Of a DNA stretch of 64,000 nucleotides, positions 43,791 to 62,129 are shown piece by piece (positions within the stretch are counted from its first letter, which is position 1; the number at the start of each line of letters is the position of its first letter). Made by a program: the position numbers and the translations under genes. Source of the DNA: the human T2T-CHM13v2.0 reference genome, Homo sapiens; assembly GCF_009914755.1 (NCBI RefSeq), contig NC_060931.1. One strand, 5' to 3'. Under the pieces are notes generated by a model. The model was not told the DNA's origin, searched no databases, and worked only from the letters and a program-made list of their open reading frames with translations.

Positions 43791-44925
43791 GGCTAATTGA
43801 GCCAGGCTTCTTTCAGTTTTCCTCTTCTTTCATTTTTCAGACTGGCACCTTAGTACCCAGAGTTCAGCAGGGAGGCCAGGAACCTTGTTAGGAAGTAGGG
43901 AGAGGGGAGAAGTCTACAAATACTCATAATGTAATATCCATTCTTTTATCTTTGTCACATCTAATTATAAAAACAAAGACAAAAGAATAACTTCTGACTT
44001 TTACATGTAAACAGATTTAGCCCTATATTGCTTCCCCCTTTCCTCCTGCTTATCCAACTCTCACATATATCCTAAGATTTTAATAGTTTTTCTTCAACTG
44101 TGTAATAATTTTTAAGTGTGTTTATTTGATTTTAGTGTTTACCACATTTCCTTTAATACTGTAACCCAAATTATATCTGAAGTAGTGGCCCATGAGCTGT
44201 AAGGGAAATGTTTAAATAGACAGATTTTGAGATTTCAAACAAAATCTCCAGACCTGAATTCTTTGATATCCTCATTCCCAGGAGATTGTGATAAATGCCA
44301 GGTTTGAGAACCACTGTTTTAACCAATTGAGAAATGAAACAAAGTGAAAACTCAAGACTGGTGAGGGTAGTTGGGGAGAGTGGTGATGTGGTTGACCATT
44401 CTTTCTCTATTAGCTTGGAAGATCTATATTCTAGCTCTCATTCTACATCTCTGACTACTTTTTCTTCATTTTGTTTGTTCCAGTTTTTAAAAAACAGATC
44501 CCACTTTCTCTTAAATAGGTTCCCCGCCCCCCAACCCGGAGTCTATTTTGGTCCTCTCTTCCTTTGTTTGCTCTCTTAGATCTTAATATTAACTCTCACT
44601 TTTCTGCAAGCCTGTTCCCCAAGCCTGTTATACCTCAAGCTCTCAGGAAACCGAGGTCACATTTTCAACTTGTCTAAATTCTGTATCTCTGAAAACAAAC
44701 CCTTCCCCTCTCATCTTTCTCTTTCATTCATTATGTATTCTCTACTCATCACCTGGGCTCCACCCTCTTCTCTTTCTACTGCCTCTATCAAAATTCATGC
44801 TCATTTCTGTTGGAATGCACTATAGTGTCCCCTCCACCTTCTGCCTCTTTAGTGCATCCCGGTATCAGATTAACCTTCCTAAAATATTATTCCATTATAG
44901 TGTAATGATTACACAATATAAAAAA

Positions 44926-45267
44926 AAACTTTTAGGTTCGGGGGTACATGTGAGGATATGTTACATAGGTAAATTCATGTCATGGGAGTTTGTTGTACAG
45001 ATTATTTCATCACCCAGGAATTAAGCCCAATACCCAATAGTCATCTTGCTCCTCTCCCTCCTCCCACCCTGCACCTTCAGGTACACCCATGTCTGTCATT
45101 TCTGTCTTTGCGTTGGTAAGTTCTCTTCATTTAGCTCCCAATTGTGAGAACAAGCCGTATTCTGTAACACAGGTTTTCTGTTCCTGCGTTGTTTGCTAAG
45201 GATAATAGCCTGCAGCTCCATCCATATTCCCACAAGACATGATCTCATTCTTTTTTATGGCTGCATC
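44926..45267 (-). mobile_element. Older L1PA 3' fragment
   Basis: ttttaggttcgggggtacatgtg...gttgtacagattatttcatcacccagg. Confidence 0.8.
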
Positions 45268-46837
45268 TGTCACACAATTCTTAAGCTCAAAATCTTTCAA
45301 TGATTGTTCAGTTTATATAGAGTTCAGATTATTCAGCTTGATAGCCGAGAACTTCCAAAAATATCTCATGTACTATTATTATATCTCTTATTCCTAATAT
45401 TTCTCTTTACTGCCCTAAACTCTATCAACTGGAAATGCTCCCTAATTAAGGGCCCTCATTTCCCCTCTCTGTGTTCTCATCCATTTCTCTGCCTAGAATA
45501 TGTTTTCTGCTTTACTTGTCCTATAACCTTAGCTTTTCCTTCAAAGCTCATTTCAAATGCCACTTGCTCTAGGAAGTTGTCCCTGAGTACCATAGGTGCA
45601 AATGGTGTCTTCCTTTGAATTCTCATAGATTTTATCTGTCAAGTGAGTAAAGACACTTCACATTTTTTTCATTTATTTTCCTGCCGTTATTTTAATTTTA
45701 AAATGTACTGACTACATTAATTCACACAATTCAAACAAGTAAAACTATGCAGAGTGAAGAGTGGGAGTTCTTCAGTGCTTTGCCAAAGCCATTCCCATAC
45801 CTACAGGAACACAGCATTACTGTTTAGTATACTATATCCTTCTAAGTCAGTAGTTCTCAAAATGTTCCTGGTAAACTCCTTGCTTCAAACCACCTGGGGA
45901 GCTAGTTAAAAATGGAGGTGCCTGTGCATCAACCCAGCCCTTCCGAATTGGAATCTCTTGGAAGTAGGAACTAGGAAGCTGCACTTTGGTCATTCTTAAT
46001 CATACTAAATTTTGAGAATCATCCCTTTTATCTATGCATTAAATAAGAGTTCTTTTACAAATGTATAATTTTGTTTTTTTGTTTGGTTGTTATGTTCCTT
46101 CAGTAATGCTATTGGCTTTCTTTTCATTTTTAGCAATGCATCTCAGAGATATTCATAAAACAAATGTAGAGACGCACTGTGTGTGTGTGCTTTTTAAAAA
46201 ATTTTTAAACTCTATAGAATACATTTACCAAGATTGATATAGCTATTTTTCTGTTGATGGACATTTAGGCTTTCCAGTTTTTAATTATTAAGAACAGTGC
46301 TTCAGTGAATGTGTAAAATTTGCACACATGGTGATAAGTTTATGGAGTAGAAGTTGCTGGGTTAAGTGCATATTCAAAATGCTTATGCTGCTAAATTGTT
46401 CTCCAAACAGGCTTTTTGGGTTCATACCAAATTTCCACCAATTGTGAAAGAGAATATTCATATCCCCACAACTGTAATCAGTAGTACATCTTATTTTTCA
46501 GTTTTTCAGGCTGGTGGATGAAAAATAGTATTTCCTTGTTGTTTTAATTTGCTCATTTTTTCATGACTGGTGAGGTTGAGCTCCTGATTTTCTTTTTTGC
46601 CATTTGTATTTCCTTTTACATGAACTGTCAGTTCTCATTTTTGTTCATGGTTATTATTTATTGAATTGTCTACCATCAGTGCTATTGAACTGTCCATTAT
46701 TTGTCTACTGATTTGAAATGTCATGTTTGTCATACTAACTTCCTATAAGTACATTGAACAGTTTCTGAACTTTTTATTCTCTTCTTTTAATGTATTTGCA
46801 TTTATCTCCTATCATTTATATTATGGTAGCTTTGTAG

Positions 46838-47160
<323 letters not shown>

Positions 47161-47428
47161 TTTTTCTTTCTTTTTTAATTTTAGAGACAGAGTCTCACTC
47201 TGTTCCCCACGCTGGAGTGCAGCAGCATGATTATGGCTCACGGCATCCCTGATCTCACAGGCTCCAGACCACAGGTTCATGCCATCATGCCCAGCTAATT
47301 ATTTATTTTTGGTAGATATGGCATCTTTCTATGTCGCCCAGGCTGGTCTCAAACTGGGACTCGAGGGGCCCTCCCACCTTGGCCTTCCAATGTGCTGGGA
47401 TTACAGGTATGAACCACTGTACCTGGCC
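47161..47428 (-). mobile_element. AluJ-like, partly deleted
   Basis: Diverged Alu consensus. Confidence 0.85.
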
Positions 47429-48415
47429 CATAGTCTGCTTTTATATCATCACCTTTATTCTTTTTCAAAAAATTTCTTGGTTATCCCTGTCCATTTTTTC
47501 TTTCATATGAAATTTTAATTAGCTTATAAAATCCATACAAAATTGTATTTGAATTTTGATTGAGACTGCAATGAGTTCTAGGTTAATTTGGGGAAGATTT
47601 GACAATTTTCCAAATCTTGATATCTCCCCAAAGCACAGACATATTTTTGATGTTTAGTCTTCTCATCAGGAAGCTGGCAGTCTCTGCAGTCTTCTGTTCT
47701 TTAGTAAAGTTTTAGTATTTTCTTTAAATAGGTCTCAAAACTTTTTAAATATTTTGCTTATTGATAAGTATTTTTATAATTGTTTTGTTTTTGCAAACTT
47801 GAATAGGATTTTTTCCATTATATTTGCTAATTGGTTTTTGCTGATTTTTAGGAAAACTGTTGAAGTTTCTTGCAGTTCTAGTAGTTTTTCAGCCATTTCA
47901 TTTACACTTTTCAGTCAATGATGCCATCTATAGATAATGAGTCTTGTCTCTTCCTTTCCAGTTATTGTACCCCATTTATTTATCTTATCTTACTGAATTA
48001 GCTAAGTCTGTTGGCTCAACATTGAACAGTCATGGTGAGATTGGGCACCATGATTCTTCTGTCTTTAATGAAAGGCTACTAGTGTTTGTTAATCAAATAT
48101 GAGGTTTTCTATAGGTTTGTGGTAGATGTCTTTTGTGATGTTAAGGAAGATTTCTTCTATTAATCTGAGTTAAAGCTTATTATATGGAAGTGTTAAATAA
48201 ATGCTTTTTCCAGAATCCAGATGATCATTTGAGTTTTCTCTTTAACTTATATGTTAATTTGGTGGATATAGCGACTTACATTATTACTTACCTGAATTCA
48301 CTCTTGGAAGGAAAAGAATCCTCTTGGGTAGTAATGAATTGTGTCATATTACTTTTATGTGATTTCTTAGTATTTTATTTAGTTGTATGACATTAAGTTG
48401 TAAGTGAAATTAGCC

Positions 48416-48927
48416 TGTGAATAGGCAGACTAATGGCCTCACAAAGATGTCCTAATTCGTGAAACCTGTGAATAAGCTACTTTACATAGCAAAAGGGATG
48501 TTGCACATATGAGTTAGGTTAACAAATTTGTGCTAAAGAGATTATTCTAGATTATCTACATTGGCCCAATCAAATTGCACAAGTCCTTAAAAAGGGAAAA
48601 CCTTTCCAGCTGCAACTAGAGAAAGAGATGTAGCAACAGAGGAGAGTTCACAGAGATGTGATGTGAGAAGGACTTGTGCTGACTTTACTGGATTTGAAGA
48701 CAGAGGAAGTGTACTATGAGCCAAGAAATGGAGGCAGCCTCTATTAGAAAAGACAAGGAAGTAGATTCTCCCCTAGAGCATCTAGAAAAGAATGCAGCTT
48801 TGTTGATGCCTTGATTTTAGCTCATGGAGACCCACTTTGGACTTCTGACCTACAGAACTGTAAGATAATAGATTTGTGTTGTGTTAAGCCGGGAAAGTTT
48901 GTTAGAGTGGCAATAGAAAATTAACAT
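48416..48927 (+). mobile_element. MLT1D-like MaLR LTR
   Basis: taatggcc..caaagatgtcc...cttctgacctacagaactgtaagataata...aattaaca. Confidence 0.8.
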
Positions 48928-49988
48928 AGCCTATGGTTTCATCTGTGTGCTCTCCAAGTTTAGAAACAAAACTGTAGCTGAAAAGTTTTCTTTTTCAATG
49001 CTTTAAAACAGACTTCAAAAAAATCATTTAAGTTTGATAAAATTAAGCTGTTAAACCTGGCTCTTGTGCCTTTTTAAAGGAGAAAATATTTGATTCTTCA
49101 ATTTCTTTTGTGACATCTTTTCCTAAACATGTGTTATAATTCTCAAGTATATATTTTGTCTTCCCCACTAGACTGGAAGCTTCTTGAAGGCATAATGTGT
49201 CTGATTAATCTTGCTATCTAACTTAGTACCTAAAATAATCCCTTACAGTAATGCAAACATTTATATAGATATCTTATTCAACTTTGCATCCTCATAGCAC
49301 TATATACAGTGTCTAATGTTTATGAAACTAATTTCAAAAATGTATGGTAATTTAGACAGCTTAATTGATTAGGTAATTCAGATAATATGCTGAGTGAACA
49401 TGAGCTTTGAAGTCAGGCCTGAGTTAAATCCTGGATGAACCACTTTCCTAACTCTGTAAATTTAGACAGTTGATTAACATCTCAAAGATTCACTTTCCTC
49501 ACTAGTAAAATGGTAAGTAAAATCCTCACTTATTTTATAGTGAGGAAATGTTTGTAGAGTGCTTAGCACAATACTGGATAGGCAATCGTCGCTTTATGTT
49601 AGTAAGTTATGAAGATAAAAAATGTTATTTAGAATCAAATGGTATTTTATAAAAATGTTACTTTTTCTGTTGCTCCTGTTGTAATTTTTTAGGCTGTTGT
49701 CATGTCAAAAGGGGATACTAAGTTTCCAATCTGTTCTTGAGTATACAGTAATGCGGTCAATAACTTTAGTTGGTGCCTCCAACAAGTATTATCCGTGGAT
49801 GAGGTTACATCTGGGTACTTTGGAATATGATAGAAGCAACATCTGGTGTGCTTTTATACAGCTCATGAAGTCAGTGCTTTAGAAACTGAATTAAAATGTT
49901 TCAAGGGTTTTCTTCCTATTTAATGCTGTGATGTTGCTAATCCCGTCCTCCTCTTAAAGCTGGTGATCCTCCTCACATTAACGGCCAT

Positions 49989-50380
49989 TGATATAGTTTG
50001 GATAATTGTCCTCACTCAAATCTCATGTTGAAATGTAATCCTCAGTGTTAGAGGTGGGGCCTTGTGGGAGGTGTTTGGGTTATGGGAGTGGATTCCTCAT
50101 GGCTTGGTGCCTTCCTCTGGGTAGCGAGTTCATTTTCACGAGATCTGGTTGTTCAAAGTGCATGGCACCTCCCCTACTCTCCCTTGCTCCTGCCTTCAGC
50201 ATGTGAAGTGCCTGCTCCTGCTTTGCCTTCTGCCACAAGTAAAAGCTTCCTGAGGCCTCTCCAGAAGCAGATGCCAGCACTATGCTTCCTGTACAGCCTG
50301 CAGAAGCATGAGCCAATTAAACCTCTTTTCTTATAAATTACCCAGTCTTGAGTATAGCAATGCAAGAGTGGCCTAACACA
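49989..50380 (+). mobile_element. MST (MSTA-like) MaLR solo LTR with perfect 5-bp TSD
   Basis: tgatatagtttgg...ctaacaca; TSD gccat at 49984-49988 and 50381-50385. Confidence 0.9.
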
Positions 50381-52254
50381 GCCATCCTTGATATTTATGG
50401 AACCCTCTCAGGCTTAATAGTTGACTCAAGCACAATGAATAAGTGGTCCCCTGTCTTTGTGAATTCATAGATAAAAAGACAAGACAATCTTGTGTTGTGA
50501 CTTGTTTTGTAGTTTCCATTGAAATCTTGTAGGGTAGGTTGTAGTGAAGTGTGTATCTTACATCATTTTCTGGGAATTCATAGGGAAGAAAAATTGAAGA
50601 TAAGAAAATTTAACACTGATTTTCTTGCTCAATATGGTTCTAAGGAGTTGATATCAGATTTTGAATTGGGTGGTGATGGTGGAGATGAAACAGTGAATGT
50701 GTGCAGACCAGGCAAGACTGAATGAAGAGAAGGAATGGGGCTATAAAAGACACTTTGCCAAAATAAATAATAGTCACTATATGTCATATCCCTACTATGT
50801 GACAAGATTGTTATCTGCTTTATAGACATCATTTTCAAACCTATCGATAACCTTGCAAAGTGAATTTTTTGGATAAACAGGCCCTGAGGAGAACTTTGCC
50901 CCAGTAAGTTTTCATAGGGTTGGTGATGCAAATCTTTCTGGATACAAAAGCCAGTGGAAAGTAGTACAAATCACGTATCCCTTATACGAATAAAGAAACT
51001 GCTGGAGTACCACTTCTCTCCTGGGGTTGAAGAGATCATTTAGGTAAATACTCCTTTTAAAGATGTAAAAGCTAATGATGGTTTACAAACTTAAATTCTT
51101 ACACTAGCAAGGAGTGGGAGCTGGCCATTGGAGAGAGAGTACTGACGGACGTGGTAAGAAAGTAGGATTTCAGGTTTAGATATAATTCATTTTAATGAAT
51201 GTGTGGGAATACACAGAAGAGAAATTATATGGCTCCAGGTTACTTAGTATTGATCTAAGCTTCAGTTTATACAAACCAATTTAGACTTTCCTGAAGTATA
51301 AATTGAGTTATATCTTAATTATGAGAACATATTAATAAACTAATTAATATAAACAGGACTAGACTACCCCAAAAGATTCATAAACTAAGCAGCAGCAGTG
51401 GCCCTGTATCATCACAGTTGCATTTTGGAAGGTAAAATTAACCATTTGGAAATATGTATTCCATCACCTTCTTTATGCAAGGTACTTATTTAGGCTGAAG
51501 ACACAGGACAGAAAAGGGCTTTGCCCATATATACAGATGAACATGGACAAAGATAAACTTCAGATAATTAGAGCTATGCAGAGACTTTATGGTATTGTGA
51601 AGAGACAATTTTCGATTATGTGTAATAGGAAGGTGTCCCAGAGGATGTGGCATTTAAGCAGAGATTTGAATAACAAAAACAAACTAGCCATGGAAATAAA
51701 ATGTAGGAGGAAGAAATTCTAGGCAGAGGGAGTAGCTAGTGCAAAGGTGGTCACATGATGTGTGTGGGTGTGTGTGTTTCCCCCTAGGACTCTAACACAG
51801 AAGGTGAAGGAGAGAATGGTGGGAAGTTGCATTGGAGAGGTACGGAGGGGCTGCATCATTTACATTTGGCCCCTTTATGATAAGGGGTATCCATATTAAA
51901 GTAAATTGCCTCTAGATGGGTTAAGAACAGTGTGTCATAAAAGTCAAGTGAACAGGTTTCATTTATATGTACCACCAGATGCTGCAGTGCAAGAATGTTT
52001 TCTGTAATGTTTGTTTTTATTTTTTGCCTTGTATTAATGCTAGTGTATTTAAGTTTCCACTGTCAGCCCCTGAAGAGCAGAGCAGACATCTGCTCCTTCT
52101 AGTACCTAATCCAGTGCCATAGCACAGAAATTCTCAACTAGTGAATCAATATTGATTGGTGTAGACTAGTTAACTATGTTATTGCCACAAATGACATCTA
52201 ACCTGAGCTAGTTATCCCACAAATAGTCCTCACAGTTATGAAAAGGGAACCACA

Positions 52255-54410
<2,156 letters not shown>

Positions 54411-54683
54411 AAAAGGGAACCACAAGGCCTACTAGATCAGTGAAAATTCATTTACTCAAGACAACTCCAAGTACATAATGTCTTAGGTAATACTCTATAT
54501 AAAGTGGTTTGTCACAAGAGCTGTGCTTGCTTTCTTTTGAATTTTATGCTTCACATTCTGTGGGAAAATGTATTACACAGTATCTCACAGAAGTATTACT
54601 ATTAACCTATATTTACTTATAATACTATCTTCTATAGCGTGATGTTAAAATTTGATAAATTTTAGGGAGGAAAATGTTTGTCT

Positions 54684-55021
<338 letters not shown>

Positions 55022-56461
55022 TAGAATTGATGTTAGCAGTTCATTTAACCGTAAGACTAAAGGGATGGTTTGTGACATCCTGACTCCCATTCTGTATCTC
55101 TTCATTCCAACTGGCACCATTCCCTAGGCCCACAGGGTCTTCCCCACTGCCCTCCCCTCCCCCCACCTGCCCTCACCTTTTCTGGTCACAAGCTCCAGAC
55201 CATTCCACTTTCCTATCAAAATATGTCTTCTTACTTCCAAATTCCCAAGTCCCTGTTCTACTTCCAACACACTGTACTCCAGTACTTTAATCCGTGGTAA
55301 TGATTCAGTGGAGCCAGAGAATATAAAGCTCATTATACAGTTAGTTAAGCTGTTAGGCCCTCTTTCTGTCTTAAGCATCTTTCTTCTTGCAGACAGTCTC
55401 AAAGATTTTTCCTTCTTCCAGTAATCACCCATTTATTTCCAAGGAATGTTTCATCCATGCCTAGCTTTAGGAAACATGTTATTGCTTGGATTTCTATTGA
55501 AAATATGTGTGGCAATTTGGAAACCATTTTTTCCTGACTTCATTATTCTTTCATGTTTTAGCCTGTCAATGCAAACTCTATTATCCAGAGATGCATTATA
55601 GAACAGGAGTTTAAGGGAGAAGGAAATTAATATTGGCCATGGTCATGTTCGTATTCTTTTTCCTTGTAGAAGACAACAGGCATAGCTAGAGTGGCATTAG
55701 CTAACTGTAAAAAGGATTTGTAGGGCTAGGGATGAATGTAAATGTAAACAACTTAAATGTGGATTCTATTATAGCTTCACATAGAGTATCTGTGACCACA
55801 AATCATATTCTTCTCAGTAGCTGATTTCCCACACCAGTTCAAAGGGCTACAGAAGAAATACTGTCATCAGGACACTACGAATAGTTTACTTGGATATATG
55901 CAATAAAAGGATGCAAGTATATTTTCTCGCATTTTCTTCCTAAAGAGTTGCAAACAGGGCTGGATCTAGAAAATACTGTTTCCTTTTTTTGGGGTAATGC
56001 TCCCTGCCATTTTTATGGTTTACATGGGCATTCCAATCCATCAATAGATTTGTTTTACAGCTTTCAAATTATTAATGACAAATTCAAGAAACAATTCTGC
56101 AGTCAATGCCTATGGTCTAATTTTTTGTAGTTTTCCTTTAACTTAAAAACCATAGAAAGAAGTACCATCTTTGATACTACTGATGGGCCCAAACTTAAAA
56201 ATTTATGATGCAAAATAGTTTTAGCTATCATTTATGATTACTAAAAACAACCATTGACAATAAATATTTTATACTATCACAAAAAGCAGACTAGCTTTCT
56301 CATAACTTAGCAAAGGTGTTATGGTTGAAAATAAAATTCAAAATAAGTTGAACTGCTTAACTCATAATTACTAAAAGTTCATACTCTATAGTGCCATATG
56401 TAACAAGATTCTCATTTAAAAAAATAGATGCATACTAATTTAGAAACTACTGAGATGGTTA

Positions 56462-56740
<279 letters not shown>

Positions 56741-58024
56741 GAAAACTACTGAGATTCTGAAACAAATTTAGAAAAAAGCATACAAACCAAAGTTTAAGGT
56801 ACATTTAAAAGGCTTTCCAATTGTTGAGATTTCCATTTCTCTGCCAAGAGAAAAACAGGGTTTAGAAAAACCAGCGTATCTCCTTTTACGCATTTAGAGA
56901 TCTTTAAATTGTTAGCTATTGTAGCCTGCTTGTTCACTGGGTTTTGTAGTGTGTATATATATAGGCCACCACTAATATACTTCGGGAGCTTTGCATTCAC
57001 AGTAGCTCATGGATATGACTTTAACATGAATTATCATACTATCATGGTTATGGCAATTCAGTTTTTTTTAAGAATAAAGTTATTATAATACAAACATTCC
57101 TTGTAGTAAATGTTTGTATTATGGGTTTTTTTTTTTTTTTTTGTAACAAAGAATTTGTTTTCTACCTTTGTTATCATTTAACAAGCAATTTACAAAACCA
57201 AGAAGGAACCAAATCTTTGATTTACATTTCTGCTGACCTAGTGTGTGGACTCTTGCAGAGGAATAGCATTGCTGCATAGTGCTCAGAAAGTGTGGGAAAA
57301 CGGAACAAAAAGCTTGAATCCATTTTTTTTTCTGCTTTTACATCAGAATTTATATTTAGGTTATACTTTCCTAGAGGAATGAACAATACATCTCTCTTAT
57401 CCACAATGTGTAATTTGCTAGTTTTGTGTTTAAAGCTTTTCTTATTTCCTGTTCTACTTCTGTGAATTAAGGATTTTAAGCAGGGGCAAAACTGTAGCAT
57501 CAGCAGGTAATCATTCTTGGATACAGATACTAAGTACATGTAGCATGCTTGTCTTCACTCTTAGGTCATAAGCTCCATGAGAGCAGGGGACAATGATCAC
57601 TCCAATCCTTGCTGCTTTCCCAGCATATAGCACATGGCAGAATTCAAACATTTGTTTAATAAACAACAACAACAAAAAACCTTTCATATCATGAGGAAGA
57701 CATCTGCTGTCCTGAAAGAGCTGATAAATTATGTAGCTTACTTAAAAAAAAAAAAAGAATATGATATGGTTGACATACAATAAAGTAGAATTTATGCTGT
57801 TGCCCTGCTTCTGCCATAAACATGACAAAACATGACAATGGGAAGTCACCTGAGTTCTCTGGATCTCAGTGAATAAATTTATGACATTAAGGGATTTAAC
57901 AAAAATGAAACCCAGTGGGAAAATTGTACAAGTCACTCAAGTTCTAAATTGCTTCCCAATGCTGAAATCACTTAGTGAGATACATCAAAGACCACAGAAC
58001 TTTCGGTTTACAAGTAACAGACAA

Positions 58025-60625
58025 AGAATACTAGAAAATTTAAAATTTTTAATAAATGTGCTTTGTTCACAAAATGTGAAAAAATACAACAAACACACAC
58101 GTACATTTTCAGGTATGCTACCTCCCACCACTTGGCAACTATGGTAAAACCACATGATCTAGTCATGATACTGAAGAATCCAACCAAATGATTACCATTT
58201 GTTTTTGAAACAACCAAATTATTTTGGAGAACCAGCTGTGAATGTGACAGGAGGCCTCATAACTTCTTTATATCCAAAATGAAATAATTCTTAGGAGTAC
58301 CCATACAGTATTAGAAGGCCCTATTAACTTCCACTTGTTATTACATACATGATCTGGCATCAAGCTGCAATGACTGCTTATACTTCAATACTTATACACT
58401 GAATTGGTTTTTGTGGAATGTGTATCAGTTTAAATCTGTGCCAACCTAATTGGAATAAGCTGAATTTACAGTAACAAATGATATAAATTCAAACAAATTT
58501 ATACTAAGTGGTAGTAGGTTTTATAAAGAGACTTCCTCAGAGTACTACGTAAAATACATCATGCACACTTTGGAGCATAAGCAGAATCAACATCTGTAAA
58601 CAATCAGAATTTATAGCACCAACATTTTCGCTGTAACACAAAGGCTGACTCCAGGGTCATACTATACCAGCCTTTCAAAAGCGCTGTTTTCATTTACTTT
58701 CAAAGCATTTTCATTTGGTGTATTGTTTTCTTTGCTCTTAAGATATTTACCCAAATCAAAAAGCAAACAGTATGGTAAAAGGTACTACCAAAATAGTTCA
58801 AAAGAGTTCTGTATTATCCTTAACATAGTGCTTTTTTTTCCTTCCCCTTCTCTTGGGGAAGCTACAAGACATAATCCTTCAGTGCTTAACTGGAAAGAAC
58901 AGTCAATCCTAAATATTAAAGAATCTTATGCTGTTGAAAGTAAATGAAAAATTTCGAGTTATTTGTGGCATATTTGAGCAACCAATATTTATTGCATTTA
59001 ATCAACTGACTTTAAAAAATTACAATCTTGTTACTTTCATTAATTTAGCATGTGAAATTTAATTAGAAATACTGGGTACATACACTCAACCATTTATATC
59101 ATAAAGGATAAGTTTTATATTTCTAAATAAAGTTTGACATTCAAAGGTACTACGGCAATTCACAATAAGCACAAAAACATCAGCTTTACCAGAGTAAAGA
59201 AGTGCAGTTTATGAAATTTAGGATCAACTATTGAAAATGCAAGTTTCCTTTAAAAACATACAAACATACGCACAACATTAACCATGAAATCTGAAACTGT
59301 GATATTTCAGTGCAAAAACCTCAGTATGAGGTAATTTTAATGTAATAACCACTTGAAAAAAAAATCCACACAGTGGCACTCTTAAAAATGATAGCTTCCA
59401 TGACAATTGCTGGCTGACAAGACAATGTGGACTAAATGTTCTTAACTGTTTAAACTAATCTTGTCTTGTTTGGACATATATTTTTCCCTAATCATTTGCT
59501 TCTGATTCAGAAACACAGAAAGGCATTTATTAATGTGGAAAGGGAAAATTCCCACAGCCAACTAATTGATATATTCAAAGAAAATTTTCTGATAAAGTTT
59601 AGATAGAAATTAAGATACCAAAAGGTCAAAACCATTTTATGAGATCACCAACAGAGGGTTAATTTTAGGTTTTTCCATATAATTTGAAACTTGTAGTGCG
59701 GCACCTCCTTAACGGAAAGGTGAGGACCCTATCAAAGTTGGTTTCAACAGAACATAAACTCTCTTCCAAGTGCAAACCCTTTCAAAAAGGTGTTTTAGGT
59801 CATTATTGAGTATTACATTGTTCCTTGCTTAAATAAAACATTTTGTAAATGAAGCCTAAGTTTAAGAAAAGTAAAAGTGAACTCTCAGGTAAATATACTT
59901 CACACCAAGGCCCAAATCAACAAGAAAGTTATGAAAATACTACTTTGGCAATGGTGTTTATTGGATAGGGCTAATAAAATTAGAATACACACTTTGGGGG
60001 ACATCTCTCCCCCAATGTCTGATGCTGTCAAATGAGCTTTTAATATAAGGAAGAAATAAAAAGAATTATCACCAATTACAAAAAGTTCAGTAAATATTGG
60101 ATCATCAGACAAAAAAGGAACATAAAATGACTTTCTGTAACATCACAATTTTAGTTAGAAAAAAGAAAAAGATAAGTGCATCACAAAACAACTAACCGAT
60201 CTATTTTTCTGTATCACATTTAACTTGTGAGTCATCAAAGTGCAATCTACAGCTTTCTACATCTTAAAGTTTTCCATTCAATGGTTTATAGTCAACACTG
60301 AAAAGTTGAAAAGGAAAACATATAGCAAATTATGCTTGTTTTCACAATAGCACTAAAGAGAAAAAGGTACCTTTCTATGATAGTGCTAAATGCTAAAGTA
60401 ACAGTAGTTTCTGCTATGACATGAGTCACTCTGCATGAAACTTTAAGCTTTCTATATAAGAATAAATTTTAAAATTGAGAAGTAGAAAAAAATAGCAAAC
60501 TCTGTAAACCTCTGCATTTCTTTTATGCAAACCAGGTTTTCAGTACTGAGTTCATGTTAGTATTTCCAATTGGTGTAAGCAATTAGTTTAGGAGCCTGGA
60601 CTGAAAGGGGCTTTTTGCTTCTATA
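58025..60625 (-). other. BMT2: BMT2/SAMTOR 3'UTR
   Basis: Repeat-free AT-rich stretch after the stop; minus-strand polyA signals AATAAA 58988-58993 and ATTAAA 58048-58053. Confidence 0.65.
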
Positions 60626-61306
<681 letters not shown>

Positions 61307-62129
61307 TTAGTACATAGACTTTTCAGCAAACCATTTCACATATCATAGTAATTCCAGCATTGATTATACATTTTTCCTTTTAAATTATTAAACTTGAACA
61401 GATGTATTCAACCACAACTTTTACAAAAATCTCAAAGTAATTAAGTCCAAAGACCTGCTAATCATCATTTAAATATATGTTTTTTGCCTAACAATTTAAA
61501 ATGGGAAATAATTTGTGTATTTTGGGTTGGGACTTACATGAATTTTAATTTGGGTAGGAGTTTACAGGAATGACATTTCTATTTACATTCACTTTAACAT
61601 TTACAGTTACCAAAAACAAACTAATATAAAAATGCTAAACAAGAAATACCATGAAATAAAGATGAATCAAATAAAGAGGATAATGAAAGAGGCATTATAA
61701 AATTTGTACAAGCAGAATGATTCCAAAACTTTAGTTCTTTGAAACTGTTAACTTTAACCATTTAAAAAGTAACCCTCAACATTACTTTTATTCTATTAAA
61801 AAGTTAATCCCTAGTTTGGAACAAACTAGATTTAGTTAGACAAATGACCATGGGAAACAATACAACAGAGGAATGAATAACATTATATAATTTGCTAAAT
61901 CTTAAAACTATGGAAATGAATCAGAATAAGCAATTTTAAAATTAGACAAAAATAACTCTATCATATACCAATAGTTATTAACAAAGATATGACCTAATAC
62001 CTTAATCCCTCACTCATGTTAGTGTATATACAAGCCGGCCACATAGTCATCTGGACTGTTTATTAGGAAAAGTGATATGCAATGTTCTAGTACCTGAAAA
62101 AAAGATGCTTTTCTTCTTCCCTTTTTCTT

